Shown here: in pieces, positions 16,687-24,928 of the stretch
Layout of the letters: every line of letters begins with the position of its first letter
How positions within the stretch are numbered: the stretch's first letter is position 1
NCBI GenBank assembly: GCA_035480715.1
Contig: DATIHL010000007.1
Location: 5,828-69,827 of the forward strand
Direction: 5' to 3'
Origin: Candidatus Saccharimonadales bacterium
Lineage (GTDB): Bacteria > Patescibacteriota > Saccharimonadia > Saccharimonadales > UBA10212
DNA length: 64,000 nucleotides
The notes under the pieces: generated by a model
What the model saw: the letters and a program-made list of their open reading frames with translations, nothing else
Database searches by the model: none
Told to the model about the DNA's origin: nothing
Made by a program: the position numbers and the translations under genes

Positions 16687-18063
16687 GTGAATGCCCAGCC
16701 AAACATTAAAAGAATCCTTTTACTAGCGACCGTTGTGCTGGTGTCGATATTTTTACTTTGGTGGCTCTGGCAATACTTACATACCGGCACTATCACTATT
16801 ACTACCAACGATAAAAACAATCTGATCGAAATAAGACAAGATAAGGCATCCAAGGATATCAAACAAGCTAAGGGTAGCCTTAAGCTCAGCTTACACACCG
16901 GAAAATATTATGTAGTTGTAAGTAATAGAGCTTCCTCTACCACGCAATACACTTTGGCTAAAGCCCGTCAGGCCAGTAGTTACAAAATTGATGTAGAAAA
17001 CCTCATAGAACCTGAGCCAGTTCTTCCTTATGGTGCTTACAATATTTTAGCCGGCCCTCAGATATATTACGTAAGCATGAAGGATAATTTATTATATAAA
17101 ATCGATCGAGGCGGACAACCTGCAACATCAAGTAAAGTTGATTTTACTAAGATAAAGTGGCAAAACGAAAACTATGGCGCAGGTATTAATGACGCCGGAG
17201 ATAAACTGTATAGAATAAGCAATAGTGGCGTTACCGCTGTTGGTTTGCCGTTTGAATCAAATCTTATAGTGTTTGATTTGTCCAAAAATGGGGTTCTAGT
17301 AACCTCCGATGGGAAGTCTGTATACATAAGTTCTGGCGGAGCATTTAATAAGATCTACTCTTCAAGCGAAAAGATAACCGATATAGCAATCGGCGACAGC
17401 TACATTCTACTAGCTACGCTAAAGGCTCCTGCTAAGAATAATGACAAACAATCTTTCAAAATTATCAATCTTCAAGGTAAGGTGCAGTCGGCTTCCGATA
17501 TATCTGCTCATGATTATGCCTGGTCTCCAAACGGTAAATACCTAGCTATTACTAGCAATTCATCAACTACCATTTATGATACTAGTTTTAAGGTTGTAAG
17601 CCACCTGCCAGATGCTAGCGTAGTTGCGTTAACTTGGCTTAATGATAATGCTCTACTATACGGGCTAGGCTCAAACTTATTTAGCTACAATCTACAAACT
17701 ACTCAGAGTTCTCAGCTAGCAGCGTTGCACGGCGCAAGTATATCTGGTATCTACCCTGGCCAAGATGGATCTCAAGTTTACTTATTAGAACAAACCACAG
17801 GCTCTAAAGCTCACTCGTTTATGACAACTCGTCTTAATCTTAATAAAAGTGTGCCACAGTACATATATCTATACGGGCTACTCCTACCAGTCCAAATATA
17901 TAATTGTAAAGTCAGCTATGTTAACTTTAGCCAGCCTCTAGTTTCAGTATTGCCTTCTTCAAGTTCTGCGAGTGATAGTTGTATTCAATCTGCAAAAACT
18001 TACTTAGCTAAAGACGGGCTTGATGTTAATAAATTCAGTTTTTATCCTGAGCCCTCGAGTTAA
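16687..18063 (+). CDS. membrane-anchored hypothetical protein, possible beta-propeller (TolB-like repeats)
   Basis: 458 aa from a GTG start. It has an N-terminal TM helix (ILLLATVVLVSIFLLWWLW). The body is beta-rich and repetitive, with an AWSPNGKYLAITS motif typical of TolB/DPP-IV-type propeller blades. Confidence 0.5.
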   Translation: MNAQPNIKRILLLATVVLVSIFLLWWLWQYLHTGTITITTNDKNNLIEIRQDKASKDIKQAKGSLKLSLHTGKYYVVVSNRASSTTQYTLAKARQASSYKIDVENLIEPEPVLPYGAYNILAGPQIYYVSMKDNLLYKIDRGGQPATSSKVDFTKIKWQNENYGAGINDAGDKLYRISNSGVTAVGLPFESNLIVFDLSKNGVLVTSDGKSVYISSGGAFNKIYSSSEKITDIAIGDSYILLATLKAPAKNNDKQSFKIINLQGKVQSASDISAHDYAWSPNGKYLAITSNSSTTIYDTSFKVVSHLPDASVVALTWLNDNALLYGLGSNLFSYNLQTTQSSQLAALHGASISGIYPGQDGSQVYLLEQTTGSKAHSFMTTRLNLNKSVPQYIYLYGLLLPVQIYNCKVSYVNFSQPLVSVLPSSSSASDSCIQSAKTYLAKDGLDVNKFSFYPEPSS

Positions 18064-18165
18064 ACCAATAGTCGGCATAAATCTTTAAGTCCCCTCGAAA
18101 ATTACTTGACTTTACCTATATTTTGTGATTTACTATTAATGTTATAAAAGGGCGGTCGAGTCAAC

Positions 18166-18738
18166 ATGGGCGTGAACCAATCCGAAAGAACCAATAATTT
18201 TATATCCAGGCTGATACCTGAAAGCCGGCCTGTTAGATATGGTATTGTCCTTGGCCTATCATCGGCTGCATTAGCGGGCTGTGGCGGAAAGGCAAGACTT
18301 GGCAACGAGCAACGAACCCCAGCGGGCCAAGAAGCTTCTCAGCCGGCTCCTCAACAAACTCTGCCCAAACCTAACGAAGTAGCCGCCGCTCCACAGCCGC
18401 AGCAAGAACAGACACCAGAGAATATTGATTATTCCTCCCCAACGAACGTGGCTATGGCATTTGTCGAAGCGGCGGTAGAGGCAGATGGAGAGACCTTCTG
18501 TCAGCTATCCTGGGATAGCGGATGTGACCCCGGTGTTGTTTCAGGCCACGGCAAACGACCTTCATATTTAATACCAACGGGGGTTCAATCATCTGCAGAG
18601 AAAGGCCTCGGAGTTGCAGAAGTTGACTTAATAACAAAAGACCGGGGATTGTGGTGTGTACAGCTAAACAATAATAAAGGTCGCTGGTTAGTTGATTTTT
18701 ATAGTACAGCCCCCCCGGGCGCCCAATGTAACCAATAA
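18166..18738 (+). CDS. putative lipoprotein
   Basis: 190 aa. It has a lipobox-like LAGCGG after a hydrophobic segment, then a P/Q-rich linker and a small Cys-containing C-terminal domain. Confidence 0.6.
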   Translation: MGVNQSERTNNFISRLIPESRPVRYGIVLGLSSAALAGCGGKARLGNEQRTPAGQEASQPAPQQTLPKPNEVAAAPQPQQEQTPENIDYSSPTNVAMAFVEAAVEADGETFCQLSWDSGCDPGVVSGHGKRPSYLIPTGVQSSAEKGLGVAEVDLITKDRGLWCVQLNNNKGRWLVDFYSTAPPGAQCNQ

Positions 18739-18746
18739 ACACTCGG

Positions 18747-19799
18747 TTAAAGCGAGATCAAGTTGTGGTTTTGCGAGAAGTATTCAACTACAGCGTCGGC
18801 GTCGGTGGTTGTAATGATTGTCTGGTAGTTTTTGAGGTGTTCCACTAGATGGCGGCGGCGGGCGCCGTCGAGTTCGGAAAATACATCATCGAGCAGGAAG
18901 ACCGGTTTGGCACCTCTGACTTTCTCGATTAATCCAAGTTCGAAGATTTTTAAAGCGATGAGAAGGCTGCGCGTTTCACCGCGCGAGGCGGCTAGAGCTG
19001 CCTGTTTTTTATTAAGCTTTAGTACAAAGTCTTCGCGGTGCGGCCCAAAACCGGTAAAGCCGCGATTGAAGTCCGCTGAGTTACTAGATTCTAGCTTGGA
19101 TAGTAGCTTAGTCGAATAATTGTCGACGCCGAAAGGTGTGTCGTATATAAGTTCGACTTTGGTTCTTTTGCTAGCAATTTGGCTGTAGTTTTTGCTAATT
19201 GATTTATTTATACCGTCAATCAGTTCTTGGCGTGCATTGGCGATTTGGGCTCCCAGCTCGCTTAAGCGGATATTCCAGGCAAAAAGCTGCTTTTTAGCCT
19301 GCCCGGGCGACTGTTTTAGCAGAGCATTACGCTGGGATAGCGCTCGGCGGTAGCTAGCTGACAAACTTTTGAAACCGATTTGGGTGCGCTCCAAAATGTC
19401 ATCAAAATACTGCCGCCTAAACTCCGGCCCGCGTGTTATTAGCTGCAGGTGGTTGGGTTCAAAAAGCACAGTTGGCTCAGTTTTTTCCAGATTTAAGCGT
19501 TTAAACGCTTTGTCTTCGATATAGAAGGTTTTGAGAGCTTTATCATCTTCTTTGATTAATTTGATGGTTCTGGCCTGCGAGCCAAAAAAGCCATCAAGCC
19601 GTGCCCACAGCTCCGTGAACTGAATTAAGTCACTATCTTTAGCGCGGAAGGACTTGCCCGACGCTAAAACCAAGATGGCCTCGAGCAGATTGGTTTTGCC
19701 GCTGGCATTTGGCCCTATGACAATATTGACACCACCATCAAATTCAAAGCTAGCATCCGAATATGAGCGAAAGTGCTGCAAGCGGATAGAATCAATCAT
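18747..19799 (-). CDS. recF: DNA replication and repair protein RecF
   Basis: 350 aa with Walker A GPNASGKTNLLEAI, Walker B/D-loop FLLDDVFSELD and the FRR..F family pattern. It lies downstream of dnaN. Confidence 0.93.
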   Translation of the reverse strand: MIDSIRLQHFRSYSDASFEFDGGVNIVIGPNASGKTNLLEAILVLASGKSFRAKDSDLIQFTELWARLDGFFGSQARTIKLIKEDDKALKTFYIEDKAFKRLNLEKTEPTVLFEPNHLQLITRGPEFRRQYFDDILERTQIGFKSLSASYRRALSQRNALLKQSPGQAKKQLFAWNIRLSELGAQIANARQELIDGINKSISKNYSQIASKRTKVELIYDTPFGVDNYSTKLLSKLESSNSADFNRGFTGFGPHREDFVLKLNKKQAALAASRGETRSLLIALKIFELGLIEKVRGAKPVFLLDDVFSELDGARRRHLVEHLKNYQTIITTTDADAVVEYFSQNHNLISL

Positions 19800-19817
19800 A
19801 AGACTAGGGTTGGGGGT

Positions 19818-20903
19818 CTAGCTGCGTAGTGGCATGATCAGGTGAAGGTATTTAGGGTCGTCGCTGCTGCGTAGAATGCACGGTTCCAGCTTGCCATTGA
19901 AGCAAAACTCTACCTGCTCGCCGCCAAAGGCGTTTAGCGCATCAATTAGATAGCGCGAGTTAAGTGTAACTTCGCCGCTACCTTTGATGTCGGCGTCGGC
20001 TGCCGCTGTATTTTCGCCGAGCTGTGAAGCTATAGCGTTGATACTGACCTTTTTATCTTCGACCTTGATGGTTATACTGCCCGCTGATTCGCGCGCAAAT
20101 AGCGCCGAGACCTTGGTGATATTTAAAAAGTCTGCTCGCGATAGCTTGGCTACAGTGGCAAATTTGGTAGGAATCAGTTTGCGGTAATCGGGATAATTGC
20201 CTTCGATCAACCGCGCTACCAAACTAACATCGCCCACTTGGAAAAGTACTTGCTGATCATCGTGGGTCACCACAACCTCTTTATCGGTATCAGAAATTAT
20301 ACGCAGCAGGTCTTGGGCGGCACTGCCCGGTACTAAAAAGTTAACGCTAGCCTTGTTTTTGCCGAGTTTATGCTCCGCCAGGCGATAGCTATCGGTAGCC
20401 ACCACCACAACCTCGCCGCCAGAGGAGTGGAAATAAACCCCCGTGAGTACCGGCCTGGCATCGTCGCTACTGGCCGCAAAAACGATTTGTGATAGCGCCT
20501 TTTTGAAATCAGCAGCTGTAACTTTCCAGGTACTCCCGGCAGAAATAGCCGGCATGACAGGAAAGTCATCGGCCACGATACCGTTAATTGAAGACTGGTA
20601 TTGGTCGGTGGTGATGTGCAGTTTGTTGTCTGTTAGCTCAAGCTTAAGTATGCCCTCGGGTAAGCTGCTGACAAAATCTTGCATTAGGCGGGCGGGAACG
20701 GTAATAGAGCCAGTTTTTTCGATTTTAGAGCCTATACGGTGAGTTATGGCTATATCCAAATTGGTAGCTGAAATACTAAGACGATTATCGGCTGTCTGAA
20801 GCAGAACATTGGCTAGTATAGGGAGGGTGTTGCGTGTATTGGCCACGCGGGCGACTGTACTTAGAGCTTTGGCAAGATTTTCCTGTGTGACTTGGAGCTT
20901 CAT
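19818..20903 (-). CDS. dnaN: DNA polymerase III beta sliding clamp
   Basis: 361 aa. The opening MKLQVTQENLAKALSTVARVANTRNTLPILANVLL and the three-domain length are typical. It is positioned directly after dnaA. Confidence 0.95.
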   Translation of the reverse strand: MKLQVTQENLAKALSTVARVANTRNTLPILANVLLQTADNRLSISATNLDIAITHRIGSKIEKTGSITVPARLMQDFVSSLPEGILKLELTDNKLHITTDQYQSSINGIVADDFPVMPAISAGSTWKVTAADFKKALSQIVFAASSDDARPVLTGVYFHSSGGEVVVVATDSYRLAEHKLGKNKASVNFLVPGSAAQDLLRIISDTDKEVVVTHDDQQVLFQVGDVSLVARLIEGNYPDYRKLIPTKFATVAKLSRADFLNITKVSALFARESAGSITIKVEDKKVSINAIASQLGENTAAADADIKGSGEVTLNSRYLIDALNAFGGEQVEFCFNGKLEPCILRSSDDPKYLHLIMPLRS

Positions 20904-21175
20904 ATAATAATTCCTTAAATTAATTTATAGCTTCATTAGTTGGTGTTGTGGAACATGTGCTTAAACCAAAACCCAACAGACTAAAGTTGGCTATTTTGGG
21001 CTGTTTAAAAACTTGGCTAAAGTACACACGAGGTGTGTGAAAACTGGGTACAAAGATTGCTTGACTTGTTAAGTATTTAGCGCGCGTTGTGGGTTGTGGG
21101 TAAAACCCAACAAGCTTTACGCAGCTTCTGCATAAGCTTTTCACACCTTCTCCACAACATAAAACAATATATCTA
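20904..21175. promoter_or_regulatory. dnaA-dnaN spacer with DnaA-box-like motifs (candidate oriC half)
   Basis: TGTGGGTAA (21095-21103) and TTCTCCACA (21148-21156) each differ by one base from TTATCCACA/TGTGGATAA. TGTGGAACA (20947-20955) has two mismatches. The flanks are AT-rich. Confidence 0.5.
21057..21083. repeat. member of the TACTTAAC/GTTAAGTA palindrome family (degenerate left arm)
   Basis: The sequence is TGCTTGAC-TT-GTTAAGTATTTAGCGC. The 16-mer GTTAAGTATTTAGCGC (21068-21083) is identical to 24918-24933. Confidence 0.5.
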
Positions 21176-22564
21176 CTAAGCATACAAGCGCTCCTTTAGC
21201 TCGGTAACGTATTGTTTGATCGGACCATCATAGCTTATTTCTTTTTCTATTTTGTCGATGGAGTGAATAGCGGTGGTGTGGTCTTTGCGACCCAACTCGT
21301 GTGCGATTTTAGGAAAACTTAGATGGAGCTCGGACCGGAGCATATACATGGCGATCTGACGCGGTACCACAATGTCTTTATCGCGCTTAGGACCCAAAAT
21401 ATCCTCCATTGAAATATGAAAATGCTTGGCCGTACGTTCAATAATATGCCGTGCGCTTAGGTGTTTAGGACGGTTTTTGCTGCCTTCGAACATGGCGGTA
21501 ACAATCTGGATGTCGGGGTCTACGCCGCGCATCTCGCAATAAGCCAAAACCTGATTAAGAGCGCCTTCAAGTTCACGAATATTGCTTTGCACGCGGGTTG
21601 CCAAGAACTCGATGACCGTTTGCGGTAAGCTGATTTCCTGCGAGCTGGCTTTACTCTGCAAGATGGCGCAGCGGGTCTCGAAATCGGGAGTCTGCATATC
21701 GATAGTCATCCCCCAAGCAAAACGCGAACGTAGGCGGTCTTCCAGTGTGGGGATATCCTTGGGCGGTTTATCCGAGCTCATAATAAGCTGCTTGTTGGCT
21801 TGGTAAAGCGCATTGAAAGTGTGAAAAAATTCTTCCTGGACTCTTTCCTTGCCGGCCAAAAACTGCACATCGTCGACTATCAGTACGTCGGCGCTGCGGT
21901 AATAAGAGGCAAAGTCGTGGGTGTTTTTCTTGATACGCAAACTATCAACAAACTCTTGGACGAATTGCTCCGTAGACGCGTAGATAACTCTGGCTTGCGG
22001 CCTGGCAACCAATATAGTATTACCGACAGCTTGAATAAGATGGGTCTTGCCAATACCCACGCCGCCATAGATAAAAAGAGGATTATACTTTGTGCCCGGC
22101 TTTTGCGTTATGGCTTGGCAGGCGGCATAAGCCAGTTCATTGCTGCCGCCGACGACAAAATTTTCAAAAGTATAACGTTCGTTCAGGCCTTGCCGGTAAG
22201 CGTGAGTGACATTAGCAATCGTTGTTTTTCTAGGAATCACTTGAGTAGCGGTGGCTGCTGACGCGCTGCCAGGATTTTTTAGTACATCAACTTCCTCGCG
22301 GTGTCCATTGGGTAGAATGCCAGTATGGATCTTGTATTCAACTCGTATCGGCTTGGCGCCATTCTTGGCCAGCACAGCGACAATTAATTCGTTAAACTTA
22401 CGCTCTAGCTGGTTCTTAATAAAAATATTGGGCACACCAACAACCAGAACATCATCCTTGTACCTAATAAGCTGGGTATTTTTAAACCAGGTCACGAAAT
22501 TGCCTCTGGAAACCGAGAGTTCGATTTCTCCCAACACGGCCTGCCAGAGCGTGTCCTGCTGCAT
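21176..22564 (-). CDS. dnaA: chromosomal replication initiator DnaA
   Basis: 462 aa with AAA+ Walker A GGVGIGKTHL and Walker B LIVDDVQFL. The domain IV DNA-binding helix reads ..KIAHELGRKDHTTAIHSIDKI. Confidence 0.97.
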   Translation of the reverse strand: MQQDTLWQAVLGEIELSVSRGNFVTWFKNTQLIRYKDDVLVVGVPNIFIKNQLERKFNELIVAVLAKNGAKPIRVEYKIHTGILPNGHREEVDVLKNPGSASAATATQVIPRKTTIANVTHAYRQGLNERYTFENFVVGGSNELAYAACQAITQKPGTKYNPLFIYGGVGIGKTHLIQAVGNTILVARPQARVIYASTEQFVQEFVDSLRIKKNTHDFASYYRSADVLIVDDVQFLAGKERVQEEFFHTFNALYQANKQLIMSSDKPPKDIPTLEDRLRSRFAWGMTIDMQTPDFETRCAILQSKASSQEISLPQTVIEFLATRVQSNIRELEGALNQVLAYCEMRGVDPDIQIVTAMFEGSKNRPKHLSARHIIERTAKHFHISMEDILGPKRDKDIVVPRQIAMYMLRSELHLSFPKIAHELGRKDHTTAIHSIDKIEKEISYDGPIKQYVTELKERLYA

Positions 22565-22805
22565 AATTTATCTATACCCCTTTAAAGCTTATCTTTTAGT
22601 CGATTTAATCTCTACTATAGTTAATCCCGACGGGTTTTTCCACAGCTTTGGCTAAAAACACTACAGTCCAAATCGCAAACCCGGCCTAAGGTAGAAAGTT
22701 ATACACACCAAGTGGCTACACCTGGTAATTGTGTGGAAAAAAACAGCTCAACCGTGGAAAACTGCTTCAGATTTGTGGTTTTGTGTAGTGAATTTGACTA
22801 GACGT
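22565..22805. promoter_or_regulatory. region upstream of dnaA with DnaA-box-like motifs (candidate oriC half / dnaA promoter)
   Basis: Three one-mismatch boxes are present: TTTTCCACA (22636-22644), TTATACACA (22699-22707) and TGTGGAAAA (22732-22740). CGTGGAAAA (22753-22761) has two mismatches. Confidence 0.5.
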
Positions 22806-23180
22806 TCAGGCTTTGGACTCGGACTTCACGCGGTGGGCCAATACACCGGCAGTGCCCAGTTGTTTTTTGAGCAGTTGGGCCAATGCGGCGGGCGACACTT
22901 CAGTCAATTCGGCGTTGAAAACACTCAGTACAATATCGTACGGACCGGCTATATCGTCTTCTATATTTCGTACGGCTTCGTATAGACGACGTCTGATGCG
23001 GTTGCGCGCTACGGCCGATTTATGGACCTTGCGGCTGACCACTACGGCCACGCGGTAGGTATGACGACGATTATTCAGCGCTGTTTTGACTGAAAAAAAT
23101 GGCCCGCGGACTGTCGTGCCGTGCTTGTAAACAAAACTCAGACTATTAAGTCCATGAAAACGATGGGTGCGAGAAATCAT
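22806..23180 (-). CDS. rnpA: ribonuclease P protein component
   Basis: 124 aa and basic. It carries the RNR-type motif (KSAVARNRIRRRL). It lies immediately downstream of rpmH. Confidence 0.9.
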   Translation of the reverse strand: MISRTHRFHGLNSLSFVYKHGTTVRGPFFSVKTALNNRRHTYRVAVVVSRKVHKSAVARNRIRRRLYEAVRNIEDDIAGPYDIVLSVFNAELTEVSPAALAQLLKKQLGTAGVLAHRVKSESKA

Positions 23181-23184
23181 ACAA

Positions 23185-23322
23185 CTAGTGAGACAGGCGT
23201 GATCTGCCTTTGGCTCGGCGGCGGGCTAATACTTTACGGCCGGCTCGGCTGGCCATGCGTTTCATAAAACCGTGTTCGCGGCTGCGCTGGCGCTTTTTAG
23301 GCTGATAAGTTCGTTTAGGCAT
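23185..23322 (-). CDS. rpmH: 50S ribosomal protein L34
   Basis: Absent from the track because it is under 60 aa. The hand translation is [45 protein letters not shown], the canonical L34 sequence pattern. Confidence 0.93.
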   Translation of the reverse strand: MPKRTYQPKKRQRSREHGFMKRMASRAGRKVLARRRAKGRSRLSH

Positions 23323-23392
23323 TAGCTAAGTATAGCAATTATCTGTTTACTGTTCACCGTCTACCATATATTAGCCGTTTACCATTTACATT

Positions 23393-23451
23393 GAAAACAG
23401 AAAACGAACCACCGAAAACGCATAGAAAACGGGAAACCGTAAAACGAAAAC
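23393..23451. repeat. phased GAAAAC repeats in the rpmH/yidC divergent intergenic region
   Basis: GAAAAC occurs at 23393, 23400, 23414, 23425 and 23446, with variants GAAACC and TAAAAC between them. Several GTTTAC motifs lie at 23345-23390. Confidence 0.5.
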
Positions 23452-23502
23452 GGACCACCGGCTGTGGTATAGTAAACAGAAGTAACTAGCCGAGTCTGCC
23501 GC

Positions 23503-24405
23503 ATGTTTACAACTATTATCGTTCAACCGATTTTTAATTTACTAGTACTGATTTATGCTCTAATTCCGGGGCATAATTTTGGCTTGGCAGTCATTCTTTT
23601 TACCATACTCGTACGTCTTTTAATGTGGCCGCTGGTCAAAAAACAATTGCACCATGCCAAGGCTATCCGCACGCTCCAGCCCGAAATTAAAAGGATCAAA
23701 AAAGAGGCTGCCGGCGATAAACGCAAGGAACAGATGCTGACTATGGAGCTTTATAAAGAGCGCGAGATCAACCCGCTGTCTAGCTTGGGGATTTTGGTGG
23801 TGCAGTTTATTATTTTGATCGGCCTCTATAGTGGGCTGAACAAAATAATTAAGGACCCCAATCAAATCATCAGCTTCTCTTACCCCATCCTCCATCATCT
23901 GGGCTGGCTGCAAACCCTATCACACGATATTCACCGCTTTGACGATTCGCTCTTTGGCTTCATTAATTTAACTCGCACAGCCGTCAATCCACTGTATTGG
24001 CCGGCGATGGTATTGGTTTTGGGTAGCGCAGCTGCTCAGTTTGTGCAGGGTCGGCAGCTGCTGCCCAAGAGCCAGGATTCGCGCACCCTACGCCAAATTT
24101 TAAGAGAATCGGGGCAGGGCAAATCTGCCGACCAGCAAGAAGTTAATGCCGCAGTCGGTCGTTCAACAATGTACATATTACCGCTGTTTGTCTTTTTGGT
24201 ATCTGTACGTTTTGCCGCCGCCTTGCCACTTTATTGGCTTACCGGTAGCGTGGTGGCTATCTTGCAGCAGAGCCGCATTTTGAAAGAAGACGTGCAAGAA
24301 GCTGAGGCTTCGGTTAAAGTCACAACTCGAACTCTAGACGATGAGCCTAAGCAAAAAGTTAAAAAAGCCTCCAAAAATAAGAAAAGTAGGAGGAAAAGAC
24401 GGTGA
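23503..24405 (+). CDS. yidC: YidC/Oxa1-family membrane protein insertase
   Basis: 300 aa in the short Gram-positive-type form. Family strings are present (ILFTILVRLLMWPLVKKQ, LPLYWLTGS) and the C-terminal tail is Lys/Arg-rich. Confidence 0.9.
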   Translation: MFTTIIVQPIFNLLVLIYALIPGHNFGLAVILFTILVRLLMWPLVKKQLHHAKAIRTLQPEIKRIKKEAAGDKRKEQMLTMELYKEREINPLSSLGILVVQFIILIGLYSGLNKIIKDPNQIISFSYPILHHLGWLQTLSHDIHRFDDSLFGFINLTRTAVNPLYWPAMVLVLGSAAAQFVQGRQLLPKSQDSRTLRQILRESGQGKSADQQEVNAAVGRSTMYILPLFVFLVSVRFAAALPLYWLTGSVVAILQQSRILKEDVQEAEASVKVTTRTLDDEPKQKVKKASKNKKSRRKRR

Positions 24406-24914
24406 ACGAAGACATTGAGGAAGCAATACTATATGCCAAAAAGTACCTAGAGGATCTACTATCGTTTTTTGGCCTTAACACCGATGTTTATGCCACGACC
24501 GAAGACCACGAAGTCATTGAGCTTAATGTTCCCTCCACTCACCTTAACGGCTTTTTGATTGGTCAGCATGGCGATACCATGCGGGCGTTGCAGTATCTAA
24601 TTAGTACGGCTCTAAAAAATCAAAACTATGCTCATACGCGGGTTAATGTAGATGTCGCTGATTATAAAAAAGCCCGGGCTGAGCGGCTAGTCTCAAGGGC
24701 AGAGGAGTGGTTTAGGGAGGTTCGCGAGGGCGGCAAGGCTAAGGAGCTGTTACCAATGAATGCTGCCGAGAGACGGGTGATACATAAGGCTGCATCGGAT
24801 TATGGCCTAGAGACCGAATCAGTGGGGGAGGGCAGGGAACGTCACATTGTGCTTAAACCGGCTGCAGCAGCTGCCGAAAAAGTCCCCGTCGAAACTGAGG
24901 AGCAAAATACTTAA
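24402..24914 (+). CDS. jag: Jag/KhpB-like RNA-binding protein (KH plus R3H domains)
   Basis: 170 aa. The R3H segment is LPMNAAERRVIHKAASDYGLETESVGEGRERHIVLKP. It overlaps yidC by 4 nt, as in the canonical yidC-jag pair. Confidence 0.88.
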   Translation: MNEDIEEAILYAKKYLEDLLSFFGLNTDVYATTEDHEVIELNVPSTHLNGFLIGQHGDTMRALQYLISTALKNQNYAHTRVNVDVADYKKARAERLVSRAEEWFREVREGGKAKELLPMNAAERRVIHKAASDYGLETESVGEGRERHIVLKPAAAAAEKVPVETEEQNT

Positions 24915-24928
24915 CATGTTAAGTATTT
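24905..24928. repeat. perfect 24-bp palindrome of the TACTTAAC/GTTAAGTA family
   Basis: AAATACTTAACATGTTAAGTATTT is its own reverse complement. It spans the stop codons of the convergent genes jag (24912-24914) and the GT4 gene (24919-24921). Confidence 0.85.

Noticed and set aside
1828-18738. Interpretation of the T4SS locus as an ICE integrated at the tRNA-Ser genes
   Set aside because: The tRNAs are on the minus strand, so their 3' ends (the usual att site) face away from the locus. comF and hsp20 lie in between. No integrase, relaxase or direct repeat of the tRNA 3' end was seen near 18.7 kb.
20920-21183. 87-aa minus-strand ORF in the dnaA-dnaN spacer
   Set aside because: It overlaps the dnaA stop, has no RBS and has odd composition. 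The region is better explained by DnaA-box-like motifs and the dnaN promoter.
21582-22985. Plus-strand ORFs antisense to dnaA and rnpA (21582-21806, 21800-22261, 22251-22655, 22731-22985, 22813-23058)
   Set aside because: They lie opposite strongly supported housekeeping genes and no motifs were recognised in them.
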